DNA of 64,000 nt from Spirochaetia bacterium (GTDB taxonomy: Bacteria > Spirochaetota > Spirochaetia > CADAEX01), in the NCBI GenBank assembly GCA_963662265.2, contig CAXXHA010000032.1, forward strand, positions 64,001 to 128,000, read 5' to 3'. The stretch's first letter is position 1. Every line of letters starts with the position of its first letter. A program made the position numbers and the translations under genes. Below, in pieces: positions 40,374 to 50,820 of the stretch. The notes under the pieces are model-generated. The model worked only from the letters and a program-made list of their open reading frames with translations, was not told the DNA's origin and made no database searches.

Positions 40374-41330
40374 TTATTCAGTTTCAATAAAACCTTCAGG
40401 GTCAAGTTCCACTGACTGCTCAAGCATTCCGGAGTCTTTCAGGAACTGAATATCCTTTTTCATGAAATCAATATCATTTTCAGAGATTGAGAAGTCAAAT
40501 TCTGTCCAGTTGTAAAGCTTTTCAGCATCTTCAAAACTGATTCCCTGCTCATCAGCACCCATCTGCACTGCTTCTTTGTAGTTTTCCCTTATCCAGCTGT
40601 ATGCTTCCTTATGGACATCAACATAAAGCTTTACAGCAGCTGGATAGTCCTTTTTAAAATCATCTCTTGCAGCAATCACAAGTATGGGTTTCACATAACC
40701 GTCAGCTGTGAAAAGGACATGTCCTCCGGCTTTTACAGAGTTTATAAGAAGTCCTGCCGCGAGAAGCGCACCGTCAATTGATCCAGCCTGAAGAGCTGCA
40801 GCGCCTTTTGGAAGTCCCATCTGTATCAGCTCAACATCATCCATATCCATCCCTTCAGATTCAAGCGCTGATGCAAGCATCTGATGGAGAACGGTGCCTT
40901 TGGGACCTGCAATTTTCTTACCCTTAAGGTCTCTGATTGTCCTGATATCTGAGTTTACAACAAGTGCAAACACTTCAACCGGTCTGCTGTACCCTGATAC
41001 AATCTCAACATTGTTGCCGTTGGCATTTGCCAGAATTACAGATGTAGTATTCACTACTCCACCTATATCAAGAGATCCTGCAGCCATAGCCTCTGACTGT
41101 TTTGCTCCGGAATTAATTTCATAGAAATTAACTTTGACCCCTTTTTCAGCGAAAGCTTTTTCCAGCATGCCTCGTTTTTTAGCCACGATTGAGGGAAGAT
41201 TAAAAGGAGATTTCACATAGGAAACATTTATTTCCTTCAGGTTTTCAAGCCCCTTAGCCTCTTTTTTGCCTCCCGCAGCTGCTGTAAAAACCACAGTTGT
41301 CACAAGCAGAAAAACAACAATTTTTTTCAT
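40374..41330 (-). CDS. ABC transporter substrate-binding protein, SsuA/NitT/TauT family
   Basis: Signal peptide with spirochaete-like AGGKKE; AMAAGSLD, DLKGKKIAGPKGT, LQAGSIDG. Confidence 0.85.
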   Translation of the reverse strand: MKKIVVFLLVTTVVFTAAAGGKKEAKGLENLKEINVSYVKSPFNLPSIVAKKRGMLEKAFAEKGVKVNFYEINSGAKQSEAMAAGSLDIGGVVNTTSVILANANGNNVEIVSGYSRPVEVFALVVNSDIRTIRDLKGKKIAGPKGTVLHQMLASALESEGMDMDDVELIQMGLPKGAAALQAGSIDGALLAAGLLINSVKAGGHVLFTADGYVKPILVIAARDDFKKDYPAAVKLYVDVHKEAYSWIRENYKEAVQMGADEQGISFEDAEKLYNWTEFDFSISENDIDFMKKDIQFLKDSGMLEQSVELDPEGFIETE

Positions 41331-41558
41331 CCATATTCTCCTTTTTTTATGTCAGACATGATTACAGATTAGAAAAAGCAGTAACCAAACCTCCTGCACA
41401 AAATAATAATGTTTTTATATACCTGATTATTTCCCAAACCTTCATGTTCAGAAAAACAGGATCAGAAGCTCACAACAAAGCTATCACATACTTTTCATAT
41501 AGATTAAGTCTGATTTGCGTTGTCCGGCAATAGTTTTAACTAGGGTTCCCCCCTTTTA

Positions 41559-42314
41559 TCAGGCAAAATCCCTGTTTTTTTCAGTTCCTGCCGGAATTCT
41601 TATAGAATTATACAGATCTTTTTTAAGTTCTATGAAATCAGATGCTTCAATATCGCCTGATTCATTTTTTATATCTTCAACAGAAATATCATCTGTTATT
41701 TTTCCGTCACCAATTACAATGATTCTGCTGCTGAGGTATATTGCTTCATTCACATCGTGGGTAATAAAAATAATTGTAATCCCGTTTTTTCTGTAGATAT
41801 CAAGAAGCTCGTTCTGAAGAGTCTCCCGGGTAATAGCATCAAGTGCACCGAAGGGTTCATCCATAAGCAGAAGCTCTGGCTCCCGGCAGAGAGCCCTGCC
41901 AAGCGAAACTCTCTGAGCCATTCCTCCTGAAAGCTGAAAAGGATAAGCATGACGGAACTGATACAGGTCAAGCATCTTAAGAACATCATCAACCCTCTTC
42001 TGCCTGACCTCTTCATCCTTTTCATGCTTAAGCGCAAGCATTATATTTTTTTCCACAGTTTTTGTTCTTATGAGACGCGGTTCCTGGAAAACAGTTCCGG
42101 TTCTCTCTGTTTTTTCAAATGTTATTATGCCGCTGTCAGCCTGTTCAAGTGAGTTGATTACTCTCAGCAGGGTTGTTTTCCCGGCCCCGCTCCGGCCGAC
42201 CACAGAGACAAAGGATCCTTTTTCGATTTTAAATGATATATTGTCGAGTGCCCGAATCTCCCTGCCCTCTATGTTGTATATTTTGGATACATTCTCAAGT
42301 TCTACAAGTGCCAT
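41559..42314 (-). CDS. ABC transporter ATP-binding protein, SsuB/TauB family
   Basis: GRSGAGKTT, VFQEPRL, LSGGMAQR, MDEPFGALD. Confidence 0.9.
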   Translation of the reverse strand: MALVELENVSKIYNIEGREIRALDNISFKIEKGSFVSVVGRSGAGKTTLLRVINSLEQADSGIITFEKTERTGTVFQEPRLIRTKTVEKNIMLALKHEKDEEVRQKRVDDVLKMLDLYQFRHAYPFQLSGGMAQRVSLGRALCREPELLLMDEPFGALDAITRETLQNELLDIYRKNGITIIFITHDVNEAIYLSSRIIVIGDGKITDDISVEDIKNESGDIEASDFIELKKDLYNSIRIPAGTEKNRDFA

Positions 42315-43076
42315 CTACCTGACTCCCCTCACACCCTTCATCCATGGAAAAAGTGTTTCAACTGTTTTCAGGGCAGTAAATTCAATTAAAAGCCCCAGCA
42401 CACCGATCATAATTATCCCGAGGTACACAATATCTGTCCTCGCCATCTCTTCGGCATCCAGAATCATGTAACCAAGTCCTGATGATGCTGCAATCATTTC
42501 AGCGCCAATCAGGGCCCTCCAGCAGTATGCGAATCCCAGGCGAAGCCCTGTTATTATTGAAGGAAGCGCTTCAGGGATCAGTATATGAAATATTTTTTCC
42601 CGGTAAGAGAGTTCAAGAGTATCTCCCATTTCAAGTATTCTCCTGTCAACCTGTGAAAGGCCTGAAAAAGTATCAAGAAAAATAGGGAAAAAGCTTGCAA
42701 GGAATATTATAGCCAGTTTTGACCCTTCTCCGATCCCGAACCACAGAATAAGAAGCGGAACAGTTGCAAGAGGCGGAATACTTTTCAAAAGTGAAAAAAA
42801 ACCTTTGAAAAAAGTGTATAAACCGGGTATAAAGTAAAAAGAGAAAGAGAGAGGGACTGCAATCATTACAGTCAGCGAAAAACCGTAAATCACCCGTAAA
42901 AAGGAAATACCTATATGGGTAAAAAGTTTTCCGTTTTCCAGAAGGACAATTCCGCTCCTGAACACTTTAAACGGAGAAGGCACGAGAAAAGAATTGGCTG
43001 TTCCGGTTTCAGAGATTACAAGCCAGAATATGAATAATATGATGATCAGCAGTGTCTGATTCAGTATTTTTTTCAT
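42315..43076 (-). CDS. ABC transporter permease, SsuC/TauC family
   Basis: IPPLA.VPLLILWFGIGE, LIGAEMIAASSGLGY. Confidence 0.9.
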   Translation of the reverse strand: MKKILNQTLLIIILFIFWLVISETGTANSFLVPSPFKVFRSGIVLLENGKLFTHIGISFLRVIYGFSLTVMIAVPLSFSFYFIPGLYTFFKGFFSLLKSIPPLATVPLLILWFGIGEGSKLAIIFLASFFPIFLDTFSGLSQVDRRILEMGDTLELSYREKIFHILIPEALPSIITGLRLGFAYCWRALIGAEMIAASSGLGYMILDAEEMARTDIVYLGIIMIGVLGLLIEFTALKTVETLFPWMKGVRGVR

Positions 43077-43168
43077 TGCAGTTAATATTATCTAATTAAC
43101 TTACATATATCAACTCTCATCACGCAGAAATCAATAAAACATTTTTAAAATTACTTATAAAAAAAGGC

Positions 43169-43231
43169 TTGTCACCCGATATATAGTGTGATAATATCTT
43201 TTTATCAGAAAACAACACCCACATATAGCGG
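43169..43231 (+). promoter_or_regulatory. nrdR-nrdD promoter with two NrdR boxes
   Basis: TTGTCA-17-TAATAT (43169-43197). NrdR boxes ACCCGATATATAGTGT (43174-43189) and CACCCACATATAGCGG (43216-43231) match acaCwAtATaTwGtgt and are 42 bp apart. Confidence 0.8.
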
Positions 43232-43256
43232 GTAATTTATTAAGGGTAATTAAAAA

Positions 43257-43715
43257 ATGAAATGCCCTCATTGCGGCAATCCTGAAGACAGGGTTATAGA
43301 ATCACGACAGAATGCCAGCGCAACAGTAATACGAAGAAGGCGGGAATGTCTGGAATGCAGATACCGCTTCACATCCTATGAGCATATTGAAGAAAAGCAG
43401 CTCATGGTAATAAAGAGGGATGGAAGCAGAGAGAATTTCGACACCCAGAAGATTTTCAGAGGTCTTTCAAAATCGCTTGAAAAAAGACCTGTTACAGGAG
43501 ATCAGATTGAAGCGCTTCTTCACGCAATTGAAGATGAAGCATACAGCGTTGGAAAAAAAGGACACGAAATATCAACTGAAGATTTGGGCGAAATTGTGCT
43601 CAGACAGCTCTTCAAACTGGATAAGGTAGCATATGTCCGCTTTGCATCAGTCTACAAGATGTTCAGCAATGTAAATGAATTTATTAAGGAAATTGAAAAA
43701 ATACCTGAAGAATGA
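43257..43715 (+). CDS. nrdR: Transcriptional repressor NrdR
   Basis: MKCPHC...RRRREC..C..RFTSYE zinc ribbon plus ATP cone; VAYVRFASVY. Confidence 0.97.
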   Translation: MKCPHCGNPEDRVIESRQNASATVIRRRRECLECRYRFTSYEHIEEKQLMVIKRDGSRENFDTQKIFRGLSKSLEKRPVTGDQIEALLHAIEDEAYSVGKKGHEISTEDLGEIVLRQLFKLDKVAYVRFASVYKMFSNVNEFIKEIEKIPEE

Positions 43716-43826
43716 AAAGGCAGGCAGCACTTTCATCTCAGAGTACGGCAGGAAACGAATCTTAACACAGCTTCGTTTATTTTGCATGATCTGAGAAAAA
43801 TTTCAGGGACAATCAGAGGGGGGATT

Positions 43827-45932
43827 GTGACGGTGAATACCAGCAACGACTGGAAAGCCTTTCTGGATCTTGATGAACAGGGAAGCAGCAGAGTTATTCA
43901 GCAGATTGTAAAAAGAGACGGAAAAATTGAGCAGTATGACAGGTGGAAAATTGCCAGTGCAATAAGCAGGGCAATAATTGCAGTAAGAGAGAAAGAAGAC
44001 AAGGAACTTACAGAAAAACTTACTGCTAGAACAGAAGATAAAATCAGGGAATTCAAACTGACAAGGCATCCCAATTCAATACCTGCTATTGAGGAAATTC
44101 AGGATATTGTTGAAACTGTTCTCATAGAAGAAAACATGCCGTCAATTGCAAAAGCTTATATAATTTACAGGGTCAAGCATGAGGCACTCAGAGATGCCAG
44201 GAAACTGATGCTTGATATCAACTCTACAATGGACGGCTATCTTTCGCAGTCAGACTGGAGAGTCAACGAGAATGCAAATGTAAATTTCTCGCTGGGAGGG
44301 CTGATTCTCCATAATTCAGGAACAATAACTGCAAACTACTGGCTTAAAAATATCTATTCAGAAGATATTGCAGATGCTCACAAGAATGCCGACTTTCATA
44401 TTCATGACCTTTCAATGTTTTCAGGATACTGTGCAGGATGGTCACTGAGGCAGCTGATTCAGGAAGGACTCGGAGGTGTGCCGGATAAAATTACATCAAA
44501 GCCGGCAAAACACCTTTCAACCCTTGTTCAGCAGATTGTCAACTTCCTGGGAATAATGCAGAACGAATGGGCGGGTGCTCAGGCACTTTCAAGTTTTGAC
44601 ACATACCTTGCCCCGTTTGTAAAGGCTGACAAGCTTACACACAAGAATACAAAACAGTATCTGCAGAGCTTTGTTTTCGGAGTCAACACACCATCCAGGT
44701 GGGGAAGCCAGGCTCCGTTTACAAACATAACTCTCGACTGGACAGTACCGGAGGATCTTAAGGATAAACCGGCTATTGTAGGCGGTGTTGAAATGGATTT
44801 CACATACGGCGACTGCCAGAGGGAAATGGATATTATCAACAGGGCTTTTATAGAGCTAATGCTTGACGGAGATGCAAACGGACGGGGATTCCAGTACCCT
44901 ATTCCGACTTACAACATAACAAGAAATTTCGACTGGGACAGCGACAATGCAAAACTGCTTTTTGAAATGACTGCAAAATATGGAACACCTAATTTTCAGA
45001 ATTTCATTAACAGCGATCTCAACCCTGAGGATGTGAGGTCTATGTGCTGCCGTCTCCAGCTGGACAAAAGGGAACTCAGAAAACGGGGAGGGGGACTATT
45101 CGGTTCTGATGAATTTACAGGATCAATCGGCGTTGTAACTATCAACCTGCCCCGAATCGGCTATCTGGCCGGTTCAAAGGTTGATTTTTACAACCGTCTC
45201 TCAAACCTCATGGATATAGCATCAAAATCACTTTCAATCAAACGGAAAGTGATAAACAGGCTGATGAATGCGGGTCTTTTTCCATATACAAGGCGATATC
45301 TCAAGCACCTGAACAACCATTTTTCAACAATCGGTATTTCAGGAATGAACGAGTGCCTTTTAAACTTTCTGGGAAAAGATATAACTGAAGAAGAGGGAAA
45401 GGCATTTGCTGAAGAAATCCTTGATTTCATGAGAGAAAGGCTTTCTGAATATCAGGAAAAAACAGGTGATCTCTTCAACCTCGAAGCAACTCCTGCCGAG
45501 AGTACAAGCTATCGCCTTGCAAAGCATGACAGGGAACATTATCCCGATATTATTACATCAGGGGAAAAAGACCCTTATTACACAAACTCTTCCCAGCTGC
45601 CTGTTAACTTCACAACAGATATTTTCGAAGCGCTGGATCACCAGGAATCGCTTCAGACAAAATATACCGGCGGAACAATGTTTCACGGCTTTATCGGGGA
45701 AGCGCTTGATGACTGGGAATCATGCAGCAAACTTGTCAAAGCCATGGCAAACAACTATAAAATTCCGTTTTTTACTATTTCGCCGACCTTTTCCGTATGT
45801 CCGATCCACGGATACCTTTCAGGGGAGCACTTTTACTGCCCCAAATGCAAAGAGGAAGAGGAAAACGAAATAAAAAAACAGATTGCTGAATTAAAAAAAG
45901 AAAAAGAAAAATTAATCGGGGGGGAAAAATGA
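43827..45932 (+). CDS. nrdD: Anaerobic (class III) ribonucleoside-triphosphate reductase, catalytic barrel; lacks the C-terminal glycyl-radical motif
   Basis: ATP cone (IVKRDG...EEIQD), HIHDL, GYCAGW, RSMCCRL, EATPAES, CPIH...CPKC. No RxxGY before the stop. Probable GTG start at 43827 after a G-rich SD. Confidence 0.92.
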   Translation: MTVNTSNDWKAFLDLDEQGSSRVIQQIVKRDGKIEQYDRWKIASAISRAIIAVREKEDKELTEKLTARTEDKIREFKLTRHPNSIPAIEEIQDIVETVLIEENMPSIAKAYIIYRVKHEALRDARKLMLDINSTMDGYLSQSDWRVNENANVNFSLGGLILHNSGTITANYWLKNIYSEDIADAHKNADFHIHDLSMFSGYCAGWSLRQLIQEGLGGVPDKITSKPAKHLSTLVQQIVNFLGIMQNEWAGAQALSSFDTYLAPFVKADKLTHKNTKQYLQSFVFGVNTPSRWGSQAPFTNITLDWTVPEDLKDKPAIVGGVEMDFTYGDCQREMDIINRAFIELMLDGDANGRGFQYPIPTYNITRNFDWDSDNAKLLFEMTAKYGTPNFQNFINSDLNPEDVRSMCCRLQLDKRELRKRGGGLFGSDEFTGSIGVVTINLPRIGYLAGSKVDFYNRLSNLMDIASKSLSIKRKVINRLMNAGLFPYTRRYLKHLNNHFSTIGISGMNECLLNFLGKDITEEEGKAFAEEILDFMRERLSEYQEKTGDLFNLEATPAESTSYRLAKHDREHYPDIITSGEKDPYYTNSSQLPVNFTTDIFEALDHQESLQTKYTGGTMFHGFIGEALDDWESCSKLVKAMANNYKIPFFTISPTFSVCPIHGYLSGEHFYCPKCKEEEENEIKKQIAELKKEKEKLIGGEK

Positions 45933-46438
45933 CATCAGTAGAAAAAATTGATTCACAGATCATTGAACTGGAAAGGCAGCTTAACGAAGTGAAAGGAACA
46001 GAAGCTGAAGTATATACAAGAATTGTAGGCTACTACAGGGCTGTTAAAAACTGGAACAAGGGAAAAAGAGAGGAATACAACCACAGGATCTGCTTTTCAG
46101 AATACAGCAGCACTGAAAAAAAAACAGAAAATGCTGCACCATGTGAAGAAAAAACAGACAGCCAGATAAGTTTTTCAGATGCGGTGAAATACAAATACTT
46201 TTTCAGAAAAACCTGCCCGAACTGCCCTTCTGTAAAGGGATATGTTGAAAACCTTGAGCTGGACAGCGAGCACATAGATGTGGATACAGAAAACGGGCTT
46301 GAATCAGCATCAGATTCACAGGTTTTCGGTGTGCCTACAGTAGTATTCTACGACAACAGCGACAATGAGATATTCAGGGCCCACAACCTGAAAGATCTTA
46401 AAGAAAATATTGATTCAGAAATAGCAGCAGCTGTTTAA
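45929..46438 (+). CDS. NrdD glycyl-radical (C-terminal) module fused to a thioredoxin/glutaredoxin-like domain
   Basis: EVYTRIVGYYRAVKNWNKGKREEY glycyl-radical signature, then KTCPNCP and VFGVPTVVF (CxxC plus cis-Pro loop); ATGA overlap with nrdD. Confidence 0.85.
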   Translation: MTSVEKIDSQIIELERQLNEVKGTEAEVYTRIVGYYRAVKNWNKGKREEYNHRICFSEYSSTEKKTENAAPCEEKTDSQISFSDAVKYKYFFRKTCPNCPSVKGYVENLELDSEHIDVDTENGLESASDSQVFGVPTVVFYDNSDNEIFRAHNLKDLKENIDSEIAAAV

Positions 46439-46442
46439 TCAT

Positions 46443-47138
46443 ATGTCTGTAACAAAAGCAGGACTTCTGAAAACAACCCTGCTTGATTATCCCGGAAAGG
46501 TTGCATCAACTGTATTCCTTCCGGGATGTAATTTCAGATGTCCTTACTGCCACAACAGAGACCTTGTTCTGAATAATGATTATTCGCTGATTCCATCTGA
46601 AGATATTATTGAATATATCAATTCAAAAAAGAACATACTTGAAGGAATATGCATAACAGGCGGCGAGCCGCTCATACACAAAGATCTCAACATGCTTATC
46701 TCAAGAATAAAAGATATGGGGCTTTCCGTAAAACTGGATACAAACGGTTCATTTCCGGAAAAGCTCCCTGATATTAATGTTGATTATATTGCTATGGATA
46801 TAAAAACTGTTCCTGAAAAATACAGCCTTGTTGCAGGAAACATTATAGACAGGAATCTCAGTTCAAAAATAACAGAGTCGATAGACTGGATAAAGAATTC
46901 CGGTATTGATCATGAATTCAGGACAACTCTTGTACCCGGAATAGTTGATTACAGTGATATGGAAAAAATTGCGGAACTTGCAGAAGGATGCATGAGGTAC
47001 ACACTCAACAGGTTTCAGGCTGTCAACACACTTGACAGCGAATGGGAAAAACATATCACATATTCTGACGAAGAATACAAAGAGTTTGTCAGAATACTGG
47101 AAAAAAGAAATATACCTGCTGTATTGAGAGGTGCATAA
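46443..47138 (+). CDS. nrdG: Anaerobic RNR activating protein (radical SAM)
   Basis: LLDYPG, GCNFRCPYCHN, ITGGEP, KLDTNG, EFRTT. Confidence 0.93.
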   Translation: MSVTKAGLLKTTLLDYPGKVASTVFLPGCNFRCPYCHNRDLVLNNDYSLIPSEDIIEYINSKKNILEGICITGGEPLIHKDLNMLISRIKDMGLSVKLDTNGSFPEKLPDINVDYIAMDIKTVPEKYSLVAGNIIDRNLSSKITESIDWIKNSGIDHEFRTTLVPGIVDYSDMEKIAELAEGCMRYTLNRFQAVNTLDSEWEKHITYSDEEYKEFVRILEKRNIPAVLRGA

Positions 47139-47326
47139 AACTGTCTTGCCGGCATTCAGTTGCGTTGCTGTTCTTGCCAGCAATGAAACAAGAACATCGT
47201 TCAAGTAAGTCATTACATGTTCGGGAAGACAGCAGCAGGTTTATATCTGTAAAGATACATAACTTTTCAGCTCACATCATAATTCACAGCACAAAAAACC
47301 CGGTACGCGGAATCAGGAGGAAATAA

Positions 47327-49295
47327 TTATCTTTTGATATTTTCAAGAAGCTTTATTATGTAAAGCTCGACATATCTTTTATAGGGTTCCTGTTTCTTTA
47401 TCCCGACATTTGATGTTTTATTCACAAGGTCTTCGGCAAGTGCTGATATCCTCTTTGCATCAGGAGGATATTTCATGAAAAGCTTCTTTTTTGTCCTGAT
47501 AAAATCCCTTATGAGAGAATTGACATCTTCAACAAGATTTGCCCTTGCCTGTTCATCATAAAGAGGATTCCATTTCTCGGAAAGCCTCATCCAGACCCTC
47601 GTTTATATTGCTTTTATCTGAACCGAGAAAACTGTTTCTTCAGGGTTCTTACTGCTGCAGCATAATTTGCGCTGTCTTTTGCCTTATCGACTGAAGAAGG
47701 CTTGTACATTGCAGGGCTGATTCATAGCTTCCGGCGGCCTGAGTTCCTGGTAAGCAGACCCGTTTCCAGCTTCCTGCATATCTGCAGAAGTATCTTTACT
47801 TCTTTTTCTTTCCGGTGAACATCCTGCCCAGCATTACAATCATCTTTCCAAATACAGGAAGGCTGTATACAATAGGAAGGTTAACCCTGGCCTCTTTTAA
47901 AAGGTCTACCCTGTCAACACCAAGAAGGTTGTCGAGTGTCTTGAATTTCCCATTTGAGGCAAAACAGCCTGACACGGAATTTTTAATATTTTCATGCAGG
48001 GAATTTGACTGGTTGGAAAGATATATAAGCCCGGGATTAAGAAGGGCGTTGAGAAGTTTATGATCATTTTTAACACAATCTTCAATTGCTGCTATAAAAA
48101 CATCATCACGCTGCATATCTTTTGTCTTGTTGAAATTTTTCATGTTTTCGGTCCATTTCACCAGGAACTGATCATGAACCTCTTTACCTGAATCTATGAG
48201 TTTTTTAAGAAAAACCTGGGGAACCATATCCCCTCTGGATATAGTATTCCTTTCGCCGCTCAGGAACCACTCTTACAAGATAGGGAAGATCCTCCCCTTC
48301 TTTTACAGCTGTCTCTCTTTTTATAAAATTGTTGACAAAATCCCTGCTATACTTGGAACTGTATGCTTTTCCGCTTTTATCTTTCAGATCATACATTTCA
48401 GTAATTGAAAATATATGTGGCGGTTTTTTTACAGAGTCTGAAAGCTCCTTATAATCTGTTTTCTTCTGGTTTTCCTTCTGCATCAGCCCCCTGAAATAAG
48501 TGATAAAGGGCTCTGAGCATATAAAGGGACTGGCATGTGTATATATCTGATGCTGTTTTAATCATTCTTGTCCAGAACATCTTTTATGACTTTATTACAG
48601 AAAAATGAGAAAAATTTGAATGAAAAATCATTAGGCTTAAGCACCTGGTTCTTGAAATTACCGGGACCTGCAAGTATGGATTCCATAAGCTTTTTAACTG
48701 CAAGGTCCTTTCCGGGAATTGCCTTACGGAGATATCTTCCTATATATGCATAGTTATTCTGATTCCTCACATAAAGATGGAGTTTTTTCAAAACAACATC
48801 AAACAGTATATTTTTAAGAATTTCCGGAGGAAGTACAATATCTCCTATTCCCTCGGGAAACTGGATAAGAACAACCTTTCCCTTCTCATCATCAGACAGT
48901 TTCATCGTATTAAGAAAATCTGTCTTAATATCAAAAACAATTATCCAGCTGTTATCAATCATAAAACTGAATGATTTCAGGTCAGGATAGGGCAATTCAG
49001 GCCTGTCTTCAAGTTCCTTGTATTTAGGCAGAATAAGCTGTCTGTAATATTTATGAACCTGAAATGAGGAAATACGGGAAGCATCATAATTGATTGTACA
49101 GCTCCCGTCATGCTCCATTTTTTTCAGCATCGGTATTGCAGCCAGTTTAAAATCCTCAAGATTCCTTGCTTCAATACTTCCCTTATTGGATTCATAATAG
49201 GAAGTCAGCTGATCCATAAAAAACGTGTAGTTTATTGAGGGATTACGCCTCTTGATAATAAGTGCTTTAATAATCTTTTCAATTACTTCATTCAT
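47327..49295 (-). pseudogene. One ~653-aa hypothetical protein gene broken by about seven apparent +1 insertions (pseudogene or sequencing error)
   Basis: Four collinear ORF pieces plus protein-like linkers rejoin when single bases are removed near 48560, 48509, 48231, 47799, 47716, 47629 and 47585. 1969-7=1962 nt=654 codons. Confidence 0.75.
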
Positions 49296-49310
49296 AATAT
49301 TTACTATATT

Positions 49311-50138
49311 TTAATATGATTTAAGTTTATCTTCCACTTCTTTTATTATCCAGTCAGGTGTAGATGCACCTGCTGTTATCCCAACTATGCTGAAATCCCC
49401 TATTTCCGGAGGAATTTCATCTGCTTTTTCAATATGCCATGAATTTCGGTTTGCTTTCAGGGCTGTATTGTAAAGACGCCTTGTATTGGCACTGTTTTTA
49501 CCCCCAATAACAATTACAGCTTCAACCTGCTCAAGAAGACTGGAAAGAGCCTTCTGCCTCTTCGCCGTGGCAGGACATATTGACTTGCTTATCTGAATAT
49601 TGCAGACCTTTGATGAAAGTATACGGCAAATTTCATCATATTCCCTTTCACTGAAAGTTGTCTGGCTTATTACCAGTGTGTTTTCCGGTATGGAAAGTTT
49701 TTCCGCATCCGCAGCACTCTGAACAATATCAACTGACGAGGCATACCCGGCAATCCCGATAACCTCCCCATGGTCCCTGTCACCAGCAATTACAACATGA
49801 CATCCTTTTTCCGATGCTTCAAGAACCTTTTTCTGAGAATGAAGAACCCTCGGACATGTTGCATCCACAAGTTTTTCACATTTCTCTTCAAGCATCACTT
49901 TGATTTCAGGCTGTATACCATGCGCCCGTATAACTACTACCCCTTCCGCATCTTCTGGATTCTCAAGCACTCTTACCCCGTTCTTCTCAAGATCCTCAAG
50001 CACAAGCCGGTTGTGAATCAACGGACCGAAAGTATATACAGGGCAGGAAGGGGATGAATCTATAATATCCTGAACTATCTGCATAGCACGTCTTACCCCC
50101 ATACAGAAGCCCATGTTTTCAGCTTTAACAATATGCAT
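49311..50138 (-). CDS. ispH: 4-hydroxy-3-methylbut-2-enyl diphosphate reductase
   Basis: GFCMGV, IHN, RAHG, DATCP, ICPAT..RQ, NSANT, TAGASTP. Start likely MHIVK at 50138 (ORF open to 50177). Confidence 0.93.
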   Translation of the reverse strand: MHIVKAENMGFCMGVRRAMQIVQDIIDSSPSCPVYTFGPLIHNRLVLEDLEKNGVRVLENPEDAEGVVVIRAHGIQPEIKVMLEEKCEKLVDATCPRVLHSQKKVLEASEKGCHVVIAGDRDHGEVIGIAGYASSVDIVQSAADAEKLSIPENTLVISQTTFSEREYDEICRILSSKVCNIQISKSICPATAKRQKALSSLLEQVEAVIVIGGKNSANTRRLYNTALKANRNSWHIEKADEIPPEIGDFSIVGITAGASTPDWIIKEVEDKLKSY

Positions 50139-50181
50139 AACAGTTATTGTACAGACATTTAAATCTTTCGTAAACAATGTT

Positions 50182-50820
50182 TTAGCATAGTTTATTTTTC
50201 TTTATGCTCATGGTAAGACCATGCCCGACAGGGAGCATTGATGAGTAAAGGTCGTCCCTGCTGTATATCATACGGTTGTATTCATCAGTATAACGGCCAA
50301 GATTTTTCCTCACATCGGGATTTGCCCTGAACAGTGTATCATCCGCAACTATCAATCCTCCGTCCCTGGTAAGATCATATATACGGTCAATCATAAGAGG
50401 GTAAAGATATTTTCCGCAATCCTGAAATACAATATCAAATTTCCCTCTGTATACGGAGAGCAGTTTTTCAGCCTCTTTCTCGGCATCTGCAAACCTCATC
50501 TCCACAATATCATCAAGTCCTGCTTTTTTTATATTTGCCTCAGCCTCTGTCCTGGTCCTGGGGTGGTTATCTACAGTGATAAGACGCCCTCCCCTCTCTT
50601 TAAGCGCTTCACCAATCCATATTGAGGAATTCCCGATCCCGGTACCGAATTCAAGAACCAGCTCTGCCCCGGTCAGCTTAACAAGGAAAGAAAGAAACCT
50701 CCCTGTTTCAGGTTCAACAAAAGGCTGTATATCATCCCGCCCTTCACTTTCTTTCTCAATATCAGATACAGTTTTATTATCGTAATGCACAAAACTCCGA
50801 AGATATTCAAGTTCATTCAT
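50182..50820 (-). CDS. SAM-dependent O-methyltransferase (YrrM/TrmR-, CCoAOMT-like family)
   Basis: VLEFGTGIGNS motif I, FDIVFQDCGK, GGLIVADD. Confidence 0.85.
   Translation of the reverse strand: MNELEYLRSFVHYDNKTVSDIEKESEGRDDIQPFVEPETGRFLSFLVKLTGAELVLEFGTGIGNSSIWIGEALKERGGRLITVDNHPRTRTEAEANIKKAGLDDIVEMRFADAEKEAEKLLSVYRGKFDIVFQDCGKYLYPLMIDRIYDLTRDGGLIVADDTLFRANPDVRKNLGRYTDEYNRMIYSRDDLYSSMLPVGHGLTMSIKKNKLC

Noticed and set aside
45930-45932. Selenocysteine or stop read-through at the nrdD TGA
   Set aside because: The downstream module is in the -1 frame, so in-frame read-through cannot join the two ORFs.
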